From Eremomyces bilateralis CBS 781.70 (Eukaryota), in NCBI GenBank assembly GCA_010015585.1, contig ML975156.1: DNA of 64,000 nt; one strand, 5' to 3'. This document shows positions 52,638-64,000 of this stretch, piece after piece. How positions within the stretch are numbered: position 1 is the first letter of the stretch; each line of letters starts with the position of its first letter. Below the pieces are notes generated by a model. That model made no database searches. It was not told where the DNA came from and saw nothing but the letters and a program-made list of their open reading frames with translations. Both the position numbers and the translations under genes were made by a program.

Positions 52638-54572
52638 TCAGTCGGAATCCCCCTCGAAGTCAGATGGATCCGGATCTGCATTCTGTCAGATTGTGTAAGG
52701 GCAAGGAGCTGCGGAGTGTACATACCTCTTGCGTCGTATCTGAACGTCCCGCCGACTCGCCCAGAAATGGATTCTTCTACCAGCCGAACTTCGTCCTCTG
52801 AAAGCCGTGAATCCGGATCTGCATTGATCGTTTCGAAGACCAGCCCATTATGATCAGGGCCGAGGTCATTGACAAAGTCTAACAAACCGCCTAGAGTGAA
52901 CGATGTGATGGCCTGGAAGGTGACCTCACGGAGACTCTTGGATTGGACAATGGACGGCAGGACCCTGTCTGTCACACCGTAACCTGAAGTATTCAACTTT
53001 TCCAACTTCGGAAGTTGCGTGGCTAGGTGGGAAATATGCGGATCGGTAAAATAGTCGGATACACCCGTAAGGTTCAGTTCTCGAAGATCCTTCAAGCACA
53101 CGAGCGAATGGAGAAAGGCATCGATATCATCTCTTACGACGTCATCGCCATCCCCTCGTAGACAGAGATATTTTAGATTAGGCTGATTCATCAACGCCAA
53201 ATGAAAATTCCTTCGCTCCGCCATGGTATATGAGTCTACCTCGAGGCTTTCAAGGTAGACGTCCTCATCAGAAAGAAGCGGTGTGACAATGGCCGCCCCG
53301 CTAATGAAGTTCTTGAGTTCGAGGTCTCGCAAGTTCTTGCACTGACGCATCCACGCCAAGAGATCGTCGAAGGATTGACTCTGAGCTGATTCAAGATCAA
53401 TGGTGCCCTCAAGGTCTTCCAAGTGAAGACTCTCCAAGGCTCTGCAAGGACCGATTTCGGACAGGGACTGGAAGCTGTCAGGCCTAAGTGCAATGTGGAG
53501 CTTCGTTAACGATTGGTTGTGAAGCGCGAGAGCCTTGCAAGTTTTGATCTTGATTCCTGCCTCGCTCATGACCTCTAGGGACTGAAGAGACTGGGGTTGG
53601 AGACTTGAAATGAATGTTCCAAAGCGAGAATCGCTGTCGTCTGCAAACCTAGAGCGTTCAATGAGAACATTTCCTTGGCACATTGACTGTATGGACATAC
53701 CAGGAGTACATCATAAGGGATCGGAACTTGGGACAGTGTGACCGAAGTAATGGTGAGAGGTCACTCTCACCAATGGCTTTCCCATTGAAGAGGCACAGGT
53801 ATTGGAGATTAGGCATTCGCAAAACCCATCTCCTAAGGGCATCAGCAGAAACTATATACCGATGAGCACCATTTGGGAAATCTGATACGACAGGAAGAAA
53901 GGGGAACATCAGAGACGTACCTTGTCCAGCAGTCATGAGATCCTCGATGAAAGGTGCCTTCAAGCTGATTGCTATGATTCTAGGTCAACAAATGCAACAA
54001 CCTAAGGGAACTTGGCCTACCCTCGCCGATGGCTTCTACAGTGGCATCCGAGTTCAACCGTTCGCCGGGTTTGATCCAGACTCTGAACTGTGTCATGTCA
54101 CCTTTGAAGAAGTCACTTATGACATCAGCCTTCACTACAGAACAAGAGACAGGGAGTGTACTCACCGGAAAAGAGGTTGTCGCGTTCTTTTGGCATTGAA
54201 GTCGTCTAGGAGCTCTCGCAGGTCTCTCAGGTCTAGCGAATGGATGTACCTGCAATAGGGGAAGAATGTCTTGTCCACTGCAGACAACGCCAAACTTCGC
54301 CAGAGGCCAGAGATCCTCTGCGCATCGCGGCCCTGGTTGTCATCGGGATACCATTCCCTGACGGGTCGAGCATATTGATATCTAGCATGGCTGATATTAG
54401 GGACCATTCGCCATGGATGTCATGGGCTTAGTTACCGATATAAAGCAGTCAGGGCAGGCACCGTCAACCGTTTGCTGGATATCGAGCAATTGAACAATGT
54501 ATGAGAGTCTCGCTGATCCGCCAAATGACCGAATATAATTGGAAAAATATCATCGGGTAGATAGACCGCCAT
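52638..54572 (-). CDS. F-box-like / RNI-type leucine-rich-repeat protein
   Basis: N-terminal LPDDIFPIIFGHL...TLFNCSISSK (F-box-like), YCRYIHSLDLRDL, repeated LxxLxL motifs; multi-exon, last exon ends DFEGDSD*. Confidence 0.75.
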
Positions 54573-54783
54573 GACGAGCGTCTACCACGACTACTGGGAT
54601 GGACTTGATCCTTCGCGTTCAAGAAAGTGATGTCTTGATGATGACGGGGCACTCGAACGCGCCCACAATGAAAGAGACGATTAAAAACCCCTTGAATTTG
54701 AAGCCGGACAAATGCGACTATTGAGAAGAGAAATTAATGAAGTTCAACCCGCCGCTTGAACTGTTAATTTGATGGGTGGGTGA

Positions 54784-55054
54784 ACGCGTTTGATCTTTGA
54801 GTTGGAGGGGATGAGCGGCAGGGAAGGTATTAGCGACCAAGTCTTGCATTCACAGGCAGTGAGCTTCCAGCCGTATCATGAGCACCATGAAAGCATTAAT
54901 ATCGTATTATGCCTTGTATCTTCTTGTCCTATTTTAAACAAGGGGTTTAGTGATAATGGCTCTTATAAATGGCTCTTGGATAGGACATTGACGCCTCGAC
55001 CCCTTGACGGACATCATCGACGCGGTCGGCTAAACTTGCCAGAGATGAACGCGT
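54784..55054. promoter_or_regulatory. Two MCB elements (ACGCGT) in the divergent F-box/Rad9 promoter
   Basis: ACGCGT at 54784-54789 and 55049-55054, upstream of a DNA-damage checkpoint gene. Confidence 0.45.
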
Positions 55055-55252
55055 CATGAACAAAGACCTGACAAGATACATGCAACATTAGATGCCACTG
55101 GACCTCCGACTACACACTTGTTAACTGCATCTTTGTCGAAGAGCATTCAATACTTTCGCTTTATTGATGATTGTAAACTGATAGCACTGTCTCGCTCATC
55201 CATCTTGCAACCCCCGGGTTGAGCGTGTCTTCTCAGTGCAGGTCTCGCCATT

Positions 55253-56854
55253 ATGGCTTCGTTATCATTCGCCTTACTACCAGAGGCAGCGTCTCAGTTC
55301 TATGACATGCTGTCATGCCTTGCTAAGTTTAGCGATACTGTTTCAATTGAAGCCCGTGAAGATCGTGTACGAAGTCCCGGCAGCGTCTTGTCTAAACATT
55401 TCTCGTTAACAGTGCTCTAGTTGTTGATATGTACTCTTAATTCATCAAGGTCGGGATATGCTGGCTTCACACTCGACTATCCACAATTTTTCTCGGAATA
55501 TAGTTTCAACCTGGCACGACCAACAACTAGTTCGACAAGCGTAAACAAGTACTCTTTTCGGATTCTCAACAAGGTCTGGTCTGAAGCTTTCGACGAAGTG
55601 TATCCGACTGATCTCCGATAGGCACTCATCTCCGCATTCAGAAGCCGTGTGGCTGACCAGAGGACACGGAATACGACTGTTGATAAATGGGTTGTCACGG
55701 TGCAAGATCGCCTAGACGAAACCGAGTGTAGACTGGTCATTCAAGCCATCTGCAATGGAGGTGTGTCAATACTGCTGGGACGATGTCGCTGACGCTGGAC
55801 CCTAACGTTGCGTAGGCATCACGAAAACGTACAGATTAACATTTGAGGAGGCAGAAGTCACGTTCGCTTTGTTCGAGAAGAATGAAGCCAAGAACTGCTG
55901 GGTGATTTCCTCTACCATGCTAAAAGAGAATACGGATTTCTTTGGACCTCGAGCGGAGCAACTAGACATCTGCCATGAAAATGGCAAGATCAGCTTCATC
56001 AGCTTCACTGAGAAGATAGTAAACGCCAAGAAAGGTATGAGATTCCACGATCTTTGGGAGTAACCGCGGAATCGCTGACTTTTATCTAGAAGTCCTAAAG
56101 CATCCCTTGCAGACTACTATAGCAATCAACGCCCCCGACTTCGAGGAGTGTGAAGTCCTTGAACAGTTGCATATCACTATTAGCGTCAAAGAATTCCGGT
56201 CCGTTGTGGCCCATGCCGCATCGCTGAATGTTTCACTCCGAGCGACATATTCTCGCCCATCGAGACCCCTGCAATTCAGCTACGGGCTCAATGGGGTCAA
56301 AAGTCAATTCATTCTCATGACGGCGGGGGAGTACCGTGGACCTCAAGTACAACCGACGGCGCAAGAACCGCTGTCAGTCTTGAGCCGCCCGACCAACATC
56401 ACCGTTCCCATAACTGCAGACAACACCATGGGGGCTCCGCCGGTTCCTCGTATGGCTCAACGGAAGCCTAATGAGAGCAATCGGGCGCTTGGGCGGGTAA
56501 GTCCGGTCAAAGCCAAGGCAGTCTCGCAGCAGAATGAGACTCTGTTTGTTCGGGATGACGACGAGGCGTGGGATCCGCCAAACTTTGATACGGAGGAGTC
56601 GGTGCGGTGGGATGCTAGCGGTGATTTCGTAAGTATGCACCCAAGGAATACCAGAACAATTGTCTTACTTGCTGCAGAGCCAACTCCAGTCCTTCCGGGA
56701 TAGTGGTACAGTGAGCGGCCAGTCCGCCGGCCCTGCGACTGAAAATGTGGATACCGAAGTGCCAGCGACGCAGCGCGTATCTCAGGTAGGTTGATCGAAT
56801 TGCACTTTGACACTTTCCGCTGACATGGAACAGATTCGGGGTCTTTGGGGCTAA
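55253..56854 (+). CDS. RAD9: 9-1-1 checkpoint clamp subunit Rad9/Ddc1
   Basis: LSCLAKFSDTVSIEA, TLNSSRSGYAGF, DFFGPRAEQLDI, KHPLQTTIAI, YSRPSRPLQFSY, C-terminal PATQRVSQ|IRGLWG*; seven exons. Confidence 0.9.
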
Positions 56855-56945
56855 GAGCTAACCCCGGGTGCAATTCTGGTATCCGGATGCCGTCAATCGA
56901 AATCATGACATCTGGGACACTACCAATGTTAGAACAGCGGCGGAA

Positions 56946-58007
56946 TCATTCCGCTACCTGTATCCAAGAAGTCGCACAGCCAGCTCCGAGGCTGACAACG
57001 ACACCTTGAACTTCGAGCTCGTTGCACCGGTCTTGCACATCACCATTCGGCGCGGTTGGTAGACCACAGTTTCCATGCTCGCCCCAGCCCCACGCTAACA
57101 CCTTATTAGTCGTCGATACTGCCATACAATGCTCACTCCCAGTGGCAATCATGGAAATACGAGGAAGGCCGTTTGGGCAAAGCTGGCCATGGTCATTTCT
57201 GCCCCAAGACAACATTTCACCGCTCCGGAAAAGAACATATATGCTGCCCCAGCTTGCACCCACGTCCTTCCAGTCTGTAATGCTAGGTGGAGCATCGGAA
57301 ATGACGTTCCATTTGTTATTGCCAAGGATAATGTGGGCACCAGAATCCGGGGAGCCAACAATGTACGTAAATTCGCGGCCACACACAACCCGGATGGCCT
57401 TGAACGGAATGCTCGATAACTTCCGCGGCGTCCAACATTTGTCGATAGGGGGCTGACCTATTTGACCTTTACGCCCGCTTCCCCAACCATAAACGTCTCC
57501 GTCACTCAAGACGGCAACCATGTGGCTCATGCTTGCGGATATGTCGATGATGCTAGTGCCTGGTGGTGGGAAGCCTTCGATTTCGCACGGCTGGGGGCTC
57601 GTATGCCGGTGAGCCCCTTGGCCTAACTCTCCTTTGCTGCCATATCCACAAGTGAGCACTCGATTATCGAGAACAAAAGCGGAGGCCTCCCAGGTCGCTG
57701 CGCATATATTTACTGGAGAAGGATGTAGCGACCCGGACTTGATCAGCTGTACAGGCACAAACACTGGACTTGATTCCTTTCTCTCGGAAATGTCGACACC
57801 AGTAGGACCGTGATCGTGAGTTCCCGCTGCAAAGACCTGACCAGTGCTCGTCAAGAGAATCGTATGATTGCCGCCAGCGACGATCTGCACCCGCTCTGTA
57901 GTGCTCAATCCTTCAGGAACGGGCATAATAGTTGGGGTTGATATGTCGTCGTTATGACCAAGACCGAGTTGGCCGGAACCATTCGAGCCCAAGCAGAATA
58001 GCGGCAT
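56946..58007 (-). CDS. ATS1: RCC1-repeat protein Ats1/Kti13-like
   Basis: Intronless 353-aa ORF with LGSNGSGQLGLGH, AGGNHT, GWGSGRKGQIG, WGRNDHGQL, WGWGEHGNCG, GAGCATSWI. Confidence 0.85.
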   Translation of the reverse strand: MPLFCLGSNGSGQLGLGHNDDISTPTIMPVPEGLSTTERVQIVAGGNHTILLTSTGQVFAAGTHDHGPTGVDISERKESSPVFVPVQLIKSGSLHPSPVNICAATWEASAFVLDNRVLTCGYGSKGELGQGAHRHTSPQPCEIEGFPPPGTSIIDISASMSHMVAVLSDGDVYGWGSGRKGQIGQPPIDKCWTPRKLSSIPFKAIRVVCGREFTYIVGSPDSGAHIILGNNKWNVISDAPPSITDWKDVGASWGSIYVLFRSGEMLSWGRNDHGQLCPNGLPRISMIATGSEHCMAVSTTNKVLAWGWGEHGNCGLPTAPNGDVQDRCNELEVQGVVVSLGAGCATSWIQVAE

Positions 58008-58402
58008 ACTTGACCACGACGGCTATGAGCAGCCCTCGTCCGCCGGATGACCTGTCCAGGACTGGGTGCTAGCAAGTTGGACTTGAAGTAAGCCTTTAGA
58101 TGTCACCAATCCTCTGTTGGCGGCATGCTTGAAGTCGACGGGGGAGTAATGTATTCCACGATGAGTTCCACTTAAGAACATATACGAATTGCAAATTGAT
58201 GACTTTTAAAATGAAGCTGTCGAGCGTTAAAGGTGATGCAGATGCACGTGACTTATAAACACCATCACGTGCTGGGCCCGGCCGCTGGCACCGTACCAAC
58301 GGTATGTTTACAAACAGTGCGGTCTCAAGATATCTGAACCTTGCGTGCAATCTACAGAACCATATTTCCGTCCAAAGCGAACATCGTTTAGAGCCGATCA
58401 AA

Positions 58403-60871
58403 ATGGATACTGCACCGAAGAACTCGTCGTTATTTGACGTATTTCTACGACTCCGACCCGCACCCTCCAAAGCGAATGAGCGATTTCTGGACGTTGAGCC
58501 GACAGAAGCGGACTGCAAGCCGACGCACATCACCATCAAGCCGCCTTCGAACGACCATCGGAAGAGGGCAGTGGAAAAGTTTGCGTTCACGAGAGTGTTT
58601 GAAGAATATGCTCAACAACTCGACATATTTGAGGGCATAAAAGCTCGCCACCTGATCGAAGGGGTTGTCGGCGTGGATGGACAACCTGGACGGGATGGAC
58701 TGCTCGCTACGCTCGGAGTGACGGGTTCTGGAAAGGCATGATGAGTATCTGACCGATCACAAGTATGGTATACTGACATAGACTGGGCAGAGTCACACAA
58801 TATTGGGATCGAAATCCCAGCGAGGCCTCACCCAGCTCTCTTTAGAGGTCTTATTCCGAAGCCTCTCCTCCCATCTCGTACACCCACACAGCGCTTCCGC
58901 AGTGTTCCCATCATTATGCGCCTCGGACATCTCTGATGCCCAGCTTCTCCCTGCGAACGTGTTCCTTGAGAACTTGTTCGGCGATGGCCAGTCTGAGCGG
59001 GGACGAGTTTCCAGAGCGCAGACGCCGTTACCGGTATGCACACCTATTTCTTTCCGCAACTCAACCTACCAACAGCCTGGCACCCGCAATTCTCCTAGCA
59101 AACGTACGAATTATCACTGTGGGATCTCCAATGTCGACGCCGACAATGCAGCGCAACTTGCTCACCAGGAACGCTTCAAACGCGGCTTTGTGCAAAGCGG
59201 TCAACTTCACACTCGCTTGCAATCTGCCATTGATCCCCCAACGACAATCCGGCCCGTATGCGTCGCTACCAACACCATTCCTACTTCACAAGTCACAAAA
59301 AGTGCACATCAGCTAAACAATTCGCCTTCAAAGGATTCGACCTCGTTCCTTAGCCTCCCGCCCACACAATCCCGCCGAATCCAAATCCCGCGCCTTTCGA
59401 CCCTACCACAATCGCCTGCCCTCCCCGAAAATGCCGGCGTTCCTGCCGACGGCAACGCCGAATACTCGATCATCATCTCCATGTACGAAGTCTACAACGA
59501 CCGGATCTTCGACCTGCTATCCGGCAGCGCCGTGAATGGGCCTCCTGCGTCGTTGTCGTACAAGACGGGAGGTACCCTGAAAGAGCGACGCCGGGCGTTA
59601 TTATTCAAACCGACGGAGATGTCGCCGGATCGGAAAGTTGTGGCGGGGTTGCGTAAACTGGTGTGTAGCACCCTTGATGAAGCGCTGATGGTTCTCGAAA
59701 CAGGTCTCTTAGAACGCAAGGTCGCTGGTACGGGGAGCAATGCGGCGAGTTCGCGGAGCCACGGATTCTTTTGCGTGGAGGTGAAGAAGAGAGATCGGAT
59801 CGCAAAGGGGCGGTGGGAAGGAAGCACGATGACGATCGTCGATTTGGCTGGTTTGTGATCGAGATGTTGAATTGCGTGAATAGAAAACTAATGGACTCAG
59901 GATCCGAGCGCGCTCGTCAAGCGAAGACCGCTGGCGCCACACTTGCAGAGGCTGGAAAAATCAATGAGAGCTTGATGTATCTCGGACAATGCATGCAGCT
60001 CCAAAGCGACAACCAAGATGGAAGCAAGGTACGACAATGTTACATCTACCAGTCTCCCGCTATCATCTGCTAATACGATGCCATTTGACAGAATATCGTT
60101 CCTTTCCGACAATGCAAGCTGACCGAGCTGCTTTTCTCGAACTCTTTCCCATCCGCTCAACACCAAATGAGCCAATCACGTACTCCCCAGAAGTCCATCA
60201 TGATCGTCACAGCAGATCCAATGGGCGATTTCAACGCCACATCTCAAATCCTCCGCTACTCGGCCCTTGCCCGAGAAGTCACCGTGCCTCGCATTCCTTC
60301 CCTCACGAGTCAGATCCTCTCCGGCAACGCGAACCTCCCTAGCAGCCGTATGGACCACAGCAACAACCAGAACCCCGCGAATGGCATGCTTGCCGAGGAG
60401 CTCGAATCATCACGCGAAGACATCGCGCGTCTATCCGAGCAACTCGAGGTCCTTTCCGTACATCTCACGAAAGAGACCTCCCGGCGGCGCGCTGCTGAGG
60501 CAAGTTGGAAAGCCATGGAAGAACGCATGCAATCCGTCGAACAGAACATCCGAGACGAGATGCTGGAAGAGATGGAAGTGCGGGTCGAGGCGGAGCGACG
60601 GCGGTGGAAAGGCGCATGGGATGAGGAGGCCGATCGGTATGACGAGCATATGGATCGGAAGTTGGAGATCCTGGCGCAGGGAATCAAGATTTATGAGGAT
60701 CCGGAACCGGGCACCGTGGACCAGGTGCAGGAGCTGGAGGATGAAAATGCATCGTTGAGGAGGAAGATACAGGACTTGGAGAGGGAAATGGGCGCGAGGA
60801 CACCATCGAAGAAGCAGCGGGTGCTGAAGTCGAGGAAGTGGGAAGTTGATGTGAACTTGGAGAGCCCCTGA
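58403..60871 (+). CDS. Kinesin motor protein (kinesin-6/Klp9-like)
   Basis: P-loop GVTGSGK|SHT, YEVYNDRIFDLL, NAASSRSH, VDLAG|SER, EAGKINESL, VPFRQCKLTELL, coiled-coil tail. Introns 58736-58790 (GC-AG), probably 59034-59333, 59851-59900, 60029-60091. Confidence 0.92.
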
Positions 60872-61119
60872 TGTTGCAACGATTTTGTTTGTTCTGGCAC
60901 GCATTTGGAGACTGTTTGAATATTAGCATTGGCGTTAGCACGTTATGACGTACGAGAAGGAGTACATACCTGAGGAATAGATTTCGGTATCTTGACTAAA
61001 ATGCCTGTCAAAGATGCTCTCCTTGCTGAAGCTAGTCCATAGGGTCGTACGGAGACCGAATCATACCTCTGGGTGTAAAGGATGTTTAAGCTAACCTATG
61101 TATGAGGATGGTAGCGTGT

Positions 61120-62331
61120 TCATACGTTCTGCAACGTTTTCCTTCTTTGCATCAGAGAGATCTGTTTGCTAATCAACGAGATCTGCTGTTGCAGAAGGGT
61201 CAGCTCGTCGCTCGTTCCATTGGCCACGCCCGCGGTTTCTATCAGATCATTTGCATTTGGAGCTTCATGTACCATGCCCGTTCCACTGCATGTAGGACAC
61301 GGCCGCCTATGGGTCGTTGGCGACGTGCTTGGTCCGCCCAGCGTTTCATCCTCTAGAGGCTGAGGAAGCATACTGTATTCGTTCGACTGATCATCGAGGT
61401 TCAACGGCCCAATGACACGATATCCACTCTCGAAAACGAACGGCCGATTTTCGGCATCGGTCACCATCGGGTTTGGCGGAGGAGGAGAAGCAGCTGGCTG
61501 GTGTGGTTCAACGGCGGGAACCACATGACCCGCCTGCGCGGCACGTTCGGCATTCTTTTTCTGCCGCCGCTGCATCGCATACAGCGAGCGTCGATCGATC
61601 TTCGCCAGCGGCTGGGTCGGCGCATCACCACGGGCATGGAGCAATGACATCTTCGCCTTCGATGCGAGCACCTCGGAAACCTGCTCACCAGTAGTCTGCG
61701 CAATGATTTGCACGATATCGGTGGCGCCGGTGCTGGCGGTCAAGACGATGCCGGATCTCAGAATCGCGTCCTTCACCCATCGCTGGGTGAACTGCACGCC
61801 TCGCTTGGTATACTTCCTCTTTTTCCGCCCCGCAAGCAGTGCTTGCTCCGCCGCCGTTTCATCGATTTGCGGGTTGCACGTGTGCAGTTGGCAGGTATTG
61901 GACACGACTACCTGACCGGGCTGGTCGCGGGAGGCAATGGCTCGAACGCGCCATTCACAGCCGGTTTCATTGTATCGGCACACGTAGACCGCGCGGGTCG
62001 AGTCTTTCTTCACACATCGCGACAGGAACTTATCGCGCAACGACCACGCGTTGATGGCGTGCCGGAGGGCATCCCATGTTGGATAGACAGTACCGGGGGT
62101 GGGAATGGGGACGTCGAGGGCCGGCGGGGGAGCGGGCGACGTCTGGCTTTCCTCTTCGGAGGAGAGACCTTCGTCGGGATCGGATGGAGTTTGAGGGTTG
62201 AGAGATGGATTAGCCATGATATGTGGTCCGGTGGTAATGAAACGTCTGGTCATGGGCAGCCGAATTGAGGTTGTAATGCCATCATGATATCGGTTTCCAT
62301 TAGCACGTGAGACACGTCTTATGTCATCCAT
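61120..62331 (-). CDS. Mutator (MuDR/MULE) transposase-derived DNA-binding protein lacking the DDE domain
   Basis: PGTVYPTWDALRHAINAWSLRDKF...KKDSTRAVYVC...GCEWRVRA...LHTC resembles the MuDR N-terminal WRKY/GCM1-like Zn finger. It is followed by an NLS (RKKRK), CPTCSGTG and a coiled coil. The true start may be a downstream ATG (62253 or 62217). Confidence 0.7.
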   Translation of the reverse strand: MDDIRRVSRANGNRYHDGITTSIRLPMTRRFITTGPHIMANPSLNPQTPSDPDEGLSSEEESQTSPAPPPALDVPIPTPGTVYPTWDALRHAINAWSLRDKFLSRCVKKDSTRAVYVCRYNETGCEWRVRAIASRDQPGQVVVSNTCQLHTCNPQIDETAAEQALLAGRKKRKYTKRGVQFTQRWVKDAILRSGIVLTASTGATDIVQIIAQTTGEQVSEVLASKAKMSLLHARGDAPTQPLAKIDRRSLYAMQRRQKKNAERAAQAGHVVPAVEPHQPAASPPPPNPMVTDAENRPFVFESGYRVIGPLNLDDQSNEYSMLPQPLEDETLGGPSTSPTTHRRPCPTCSGTGMVHEAPNANDLIETAGVANGTSDELTLLQQQISLISKQISLMQRRKTLQNV

Positions 62332-62336
62332 CTACG

Positions 62337-62612
62337 AACAACAGCACAACAACAGAGCAACAGAACAACAAAACAACAAAACAACAGAACAACAGAACAA
62401 CAGAACAACAGAACAACAGAACAACAGAACAACAGAACAACAGAACAACAGAACAACAGAACAACAGAACAACANNNNNNNNNNNNNNNNNNNNNNNNNN
62501 NNNNNNNNNNNNNNNNNNNAACAGAACAACAGAACAACAGAACAACAGAACAACAGAACAACAGAACAACAGAACAACAGAACAACAGAACAACAGAACA
62601 ACAGAACAACAG
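62337..62612. repeat. (AACAACAG)n microsatellite spanning an assembly gap (N 62475-62519)
   Basis: Near-perfect 8-bp tandem unit on both sides of the N-run, degenerate at the left edge. Confidence 0.97.
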
Positions 62613-63263
62613 AAAACACCTCAACTCTAAGGCAACGTTATTCAAGTCTTGAGAGAACCTATCTCCTACTTCTTTCGATCCAGTATGAGATGAGAGTCGG
62701 ACGTGGGCATTCCCATATACAACAAGTGACAATGGTTTAACGTACGGCTTGAGGGCTCTCAACGATCCTTTGGCCACTAAGAGCACTGCGAAAGGTCCTT
62801 GGTCTAGAATGTATGTGTTGAACTACATCTAGCACGTTTTCACCTCCATTATGCCAAGAGGATTTCTAGAGCACATTGGGTAAGGGCGACGATCAAGCAA
62901 TTGAGGAAGGGGAAGGGTTTTAGAGATGTGTACGTCCAGGCTGTCGAGTAAGCCTACCTAGACTATCCTTAATATATACAAAACCATATGTCTGAAAGAA
63001 CGGTCTATACTCGCTTCCTTCTGACTACGAGTTATTTGATCACATTATAATATAAGATGGGAATCATGAGATCGAAATGTATGGAGCACAGACCCGCAGC
63101 AATCGATTTGGTAACTAAGTGCTACGAAGCGTACGACGAAACCGATCAGTCGGCAAAAAGCAGTCGTGGATTATCATAAAAAAGCGAAAACGTCATCCCT
63201 CGCGATATCTCATTGCTTGTTTGCCCGTAATCAAATCCTTTTTTAGCGCCAATTTTCTCATTC

Positions 63264-64000
63264 CTAAGCCTTCTCGGTGGTGGAAGCACCAGCAGACGGT
63301 TTCTCTAGGGAGGGGGCCTCTGGATTCTTCGCACAGTTCGTGCAGGAGCATTTCCCTGCGGGACACGGGCAGCCGGCCGCGTTCGCGCCGCAATTGCACT
63401 TCGTCCGATCGGTACCAGGGACCGTCTCCACCCCCGCCTTCTCGGCGTCGCCGGCCGGCGATTCCTCCTTCTTGAGGCTCGCTAGGTGCTTCGCCTCGCC
63501 GTGGACATCCATGACCTGTTTGTTCGTGTCCTCGTAGAACTTCCGCAGCCGCTGGCCGGTCGGGGTTTCCAGCGCCTTCTCGAAGTAGGAGGTCAGGCCG
63601 CGCCAGGCCGCGCCGCCCTTAGTGGACACGCCGAGGCGCTGGTCGGCTGCCTGGGCGCGCTCGCTGGCGTGGAAGCGGGTGTCGAAGTCATGGAGGGCTT
63701 TCTGGAAGCGCTCGGAGACGCCATGTTGCTTGTCCAGGGCGATGCCTTTCTCGATGGCCTTGTCGCTGAGGACGTAGCCTTGGGCGAGATACTCGGCAAG
63801 GATGCGGGCGCGGGGCTTATCCTCTTGGGCAACGTCGCCGGCTTCGGTAGGCTCGAGGGGTTCGGAGGTGGCGCGATCGCCGGCGAGGTCGTCAATGGAT
63901 GCGGTGCTGGCGACGTGGACTTGGGACGGGCCGAGCTGGGTGTTGTCGAGGAGGAGGGCGGTTTTGGCGGCGGTCTCCTTCTCGAAGGTGACGGTGGCGG
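63264..64000 (-). CDS. VIP1: Vip1-like RRM protein, 3' part (runs off the window end)
   Basis: ATVTFEKETAAKTALLLDNTQLG, QEDKPRARILAEYLAQGYVLSD, ALETPTGQRLRKFY, and a Cys-rich tail. Confidence 0.88.
   Translation of the reverse strand, partial: ATVTFEKETAAKTALLLDNTQLGPSQVHVASTASIDDLAGDRATSEPLEPTEAGDVAQEDKPRARILAEYLAQGYVLSDKAIEKGIALDKQHGVSERFQKALHDFDTRFHASERAQAADQRLGVSTKGGAAWRGLTSYFEKALETPTGQRLRKFYEDTNKQVMDVHGEAKHLASLKKEESPAGDAEKAGVETVPGTDRTKCNCGANAAGCPCPAGKCSCTNCAKNPEAPSLEKPSAGASTTEKA

Noticed and set aside
62307..62786. ORFs with NNRTTEQQ / LLFCCSVV repeats, or a CRISPR-like array
   Set aside because: These are translations of an 8-bp microsatellite across an N gap. There are no spacers and the context is eukaryotic.

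Overview
Gene-dense, intron-rich nuclear DNA from a filamentous ascomycete (Pezizomycotina; inferred from GT-AG introns with CTRAC branch points and from the gene families present). I reconstructed about 22 protein-coding genes by hand. Recognisable ones: NIC96 3' end, GDT1/UPF0016, a telobox/Myb TRF-like protein, an MFS transporter, a DUF3292 protein, HIR3, a ChAPs/exomer adaptor, RPS16, a mitochondrial PPR protein, the Con7 C2H2 factor, DBP2, THI20-like, an F-box/LRR protein, Rad9 (9-1-1), ATS1/RCC1, a kinesin-6-like motor, a Mutator-derived DNA-binding protein and the VIP1 3' part. Three further genes are small orphans. Non-coding features missed by the ORF track: an intron-containing tRNA-Val(AAC), a divergent but structurally intact 5S rRNA gene nested in the first intron of the telobox gene, a ~120-bp MITE with an 8-9-bp target-site duplication, and an (AACAACAG)n microsatellite spanning an assembly gap. 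Most notable signals: the intronic 5S gene; a catalytically truncated MULE gene together with a Mutator-like MITE; two GC-AG introns (one splitting the kinesin P-loop); a 300-nt stop-free in-frame kinesin intron; an AUG-free leader and a hairpin-masked branch point in con7; and a hairpin-rich non-coding block downstream of DBP2. All family calls are from motif recognition only. No database searches were run.
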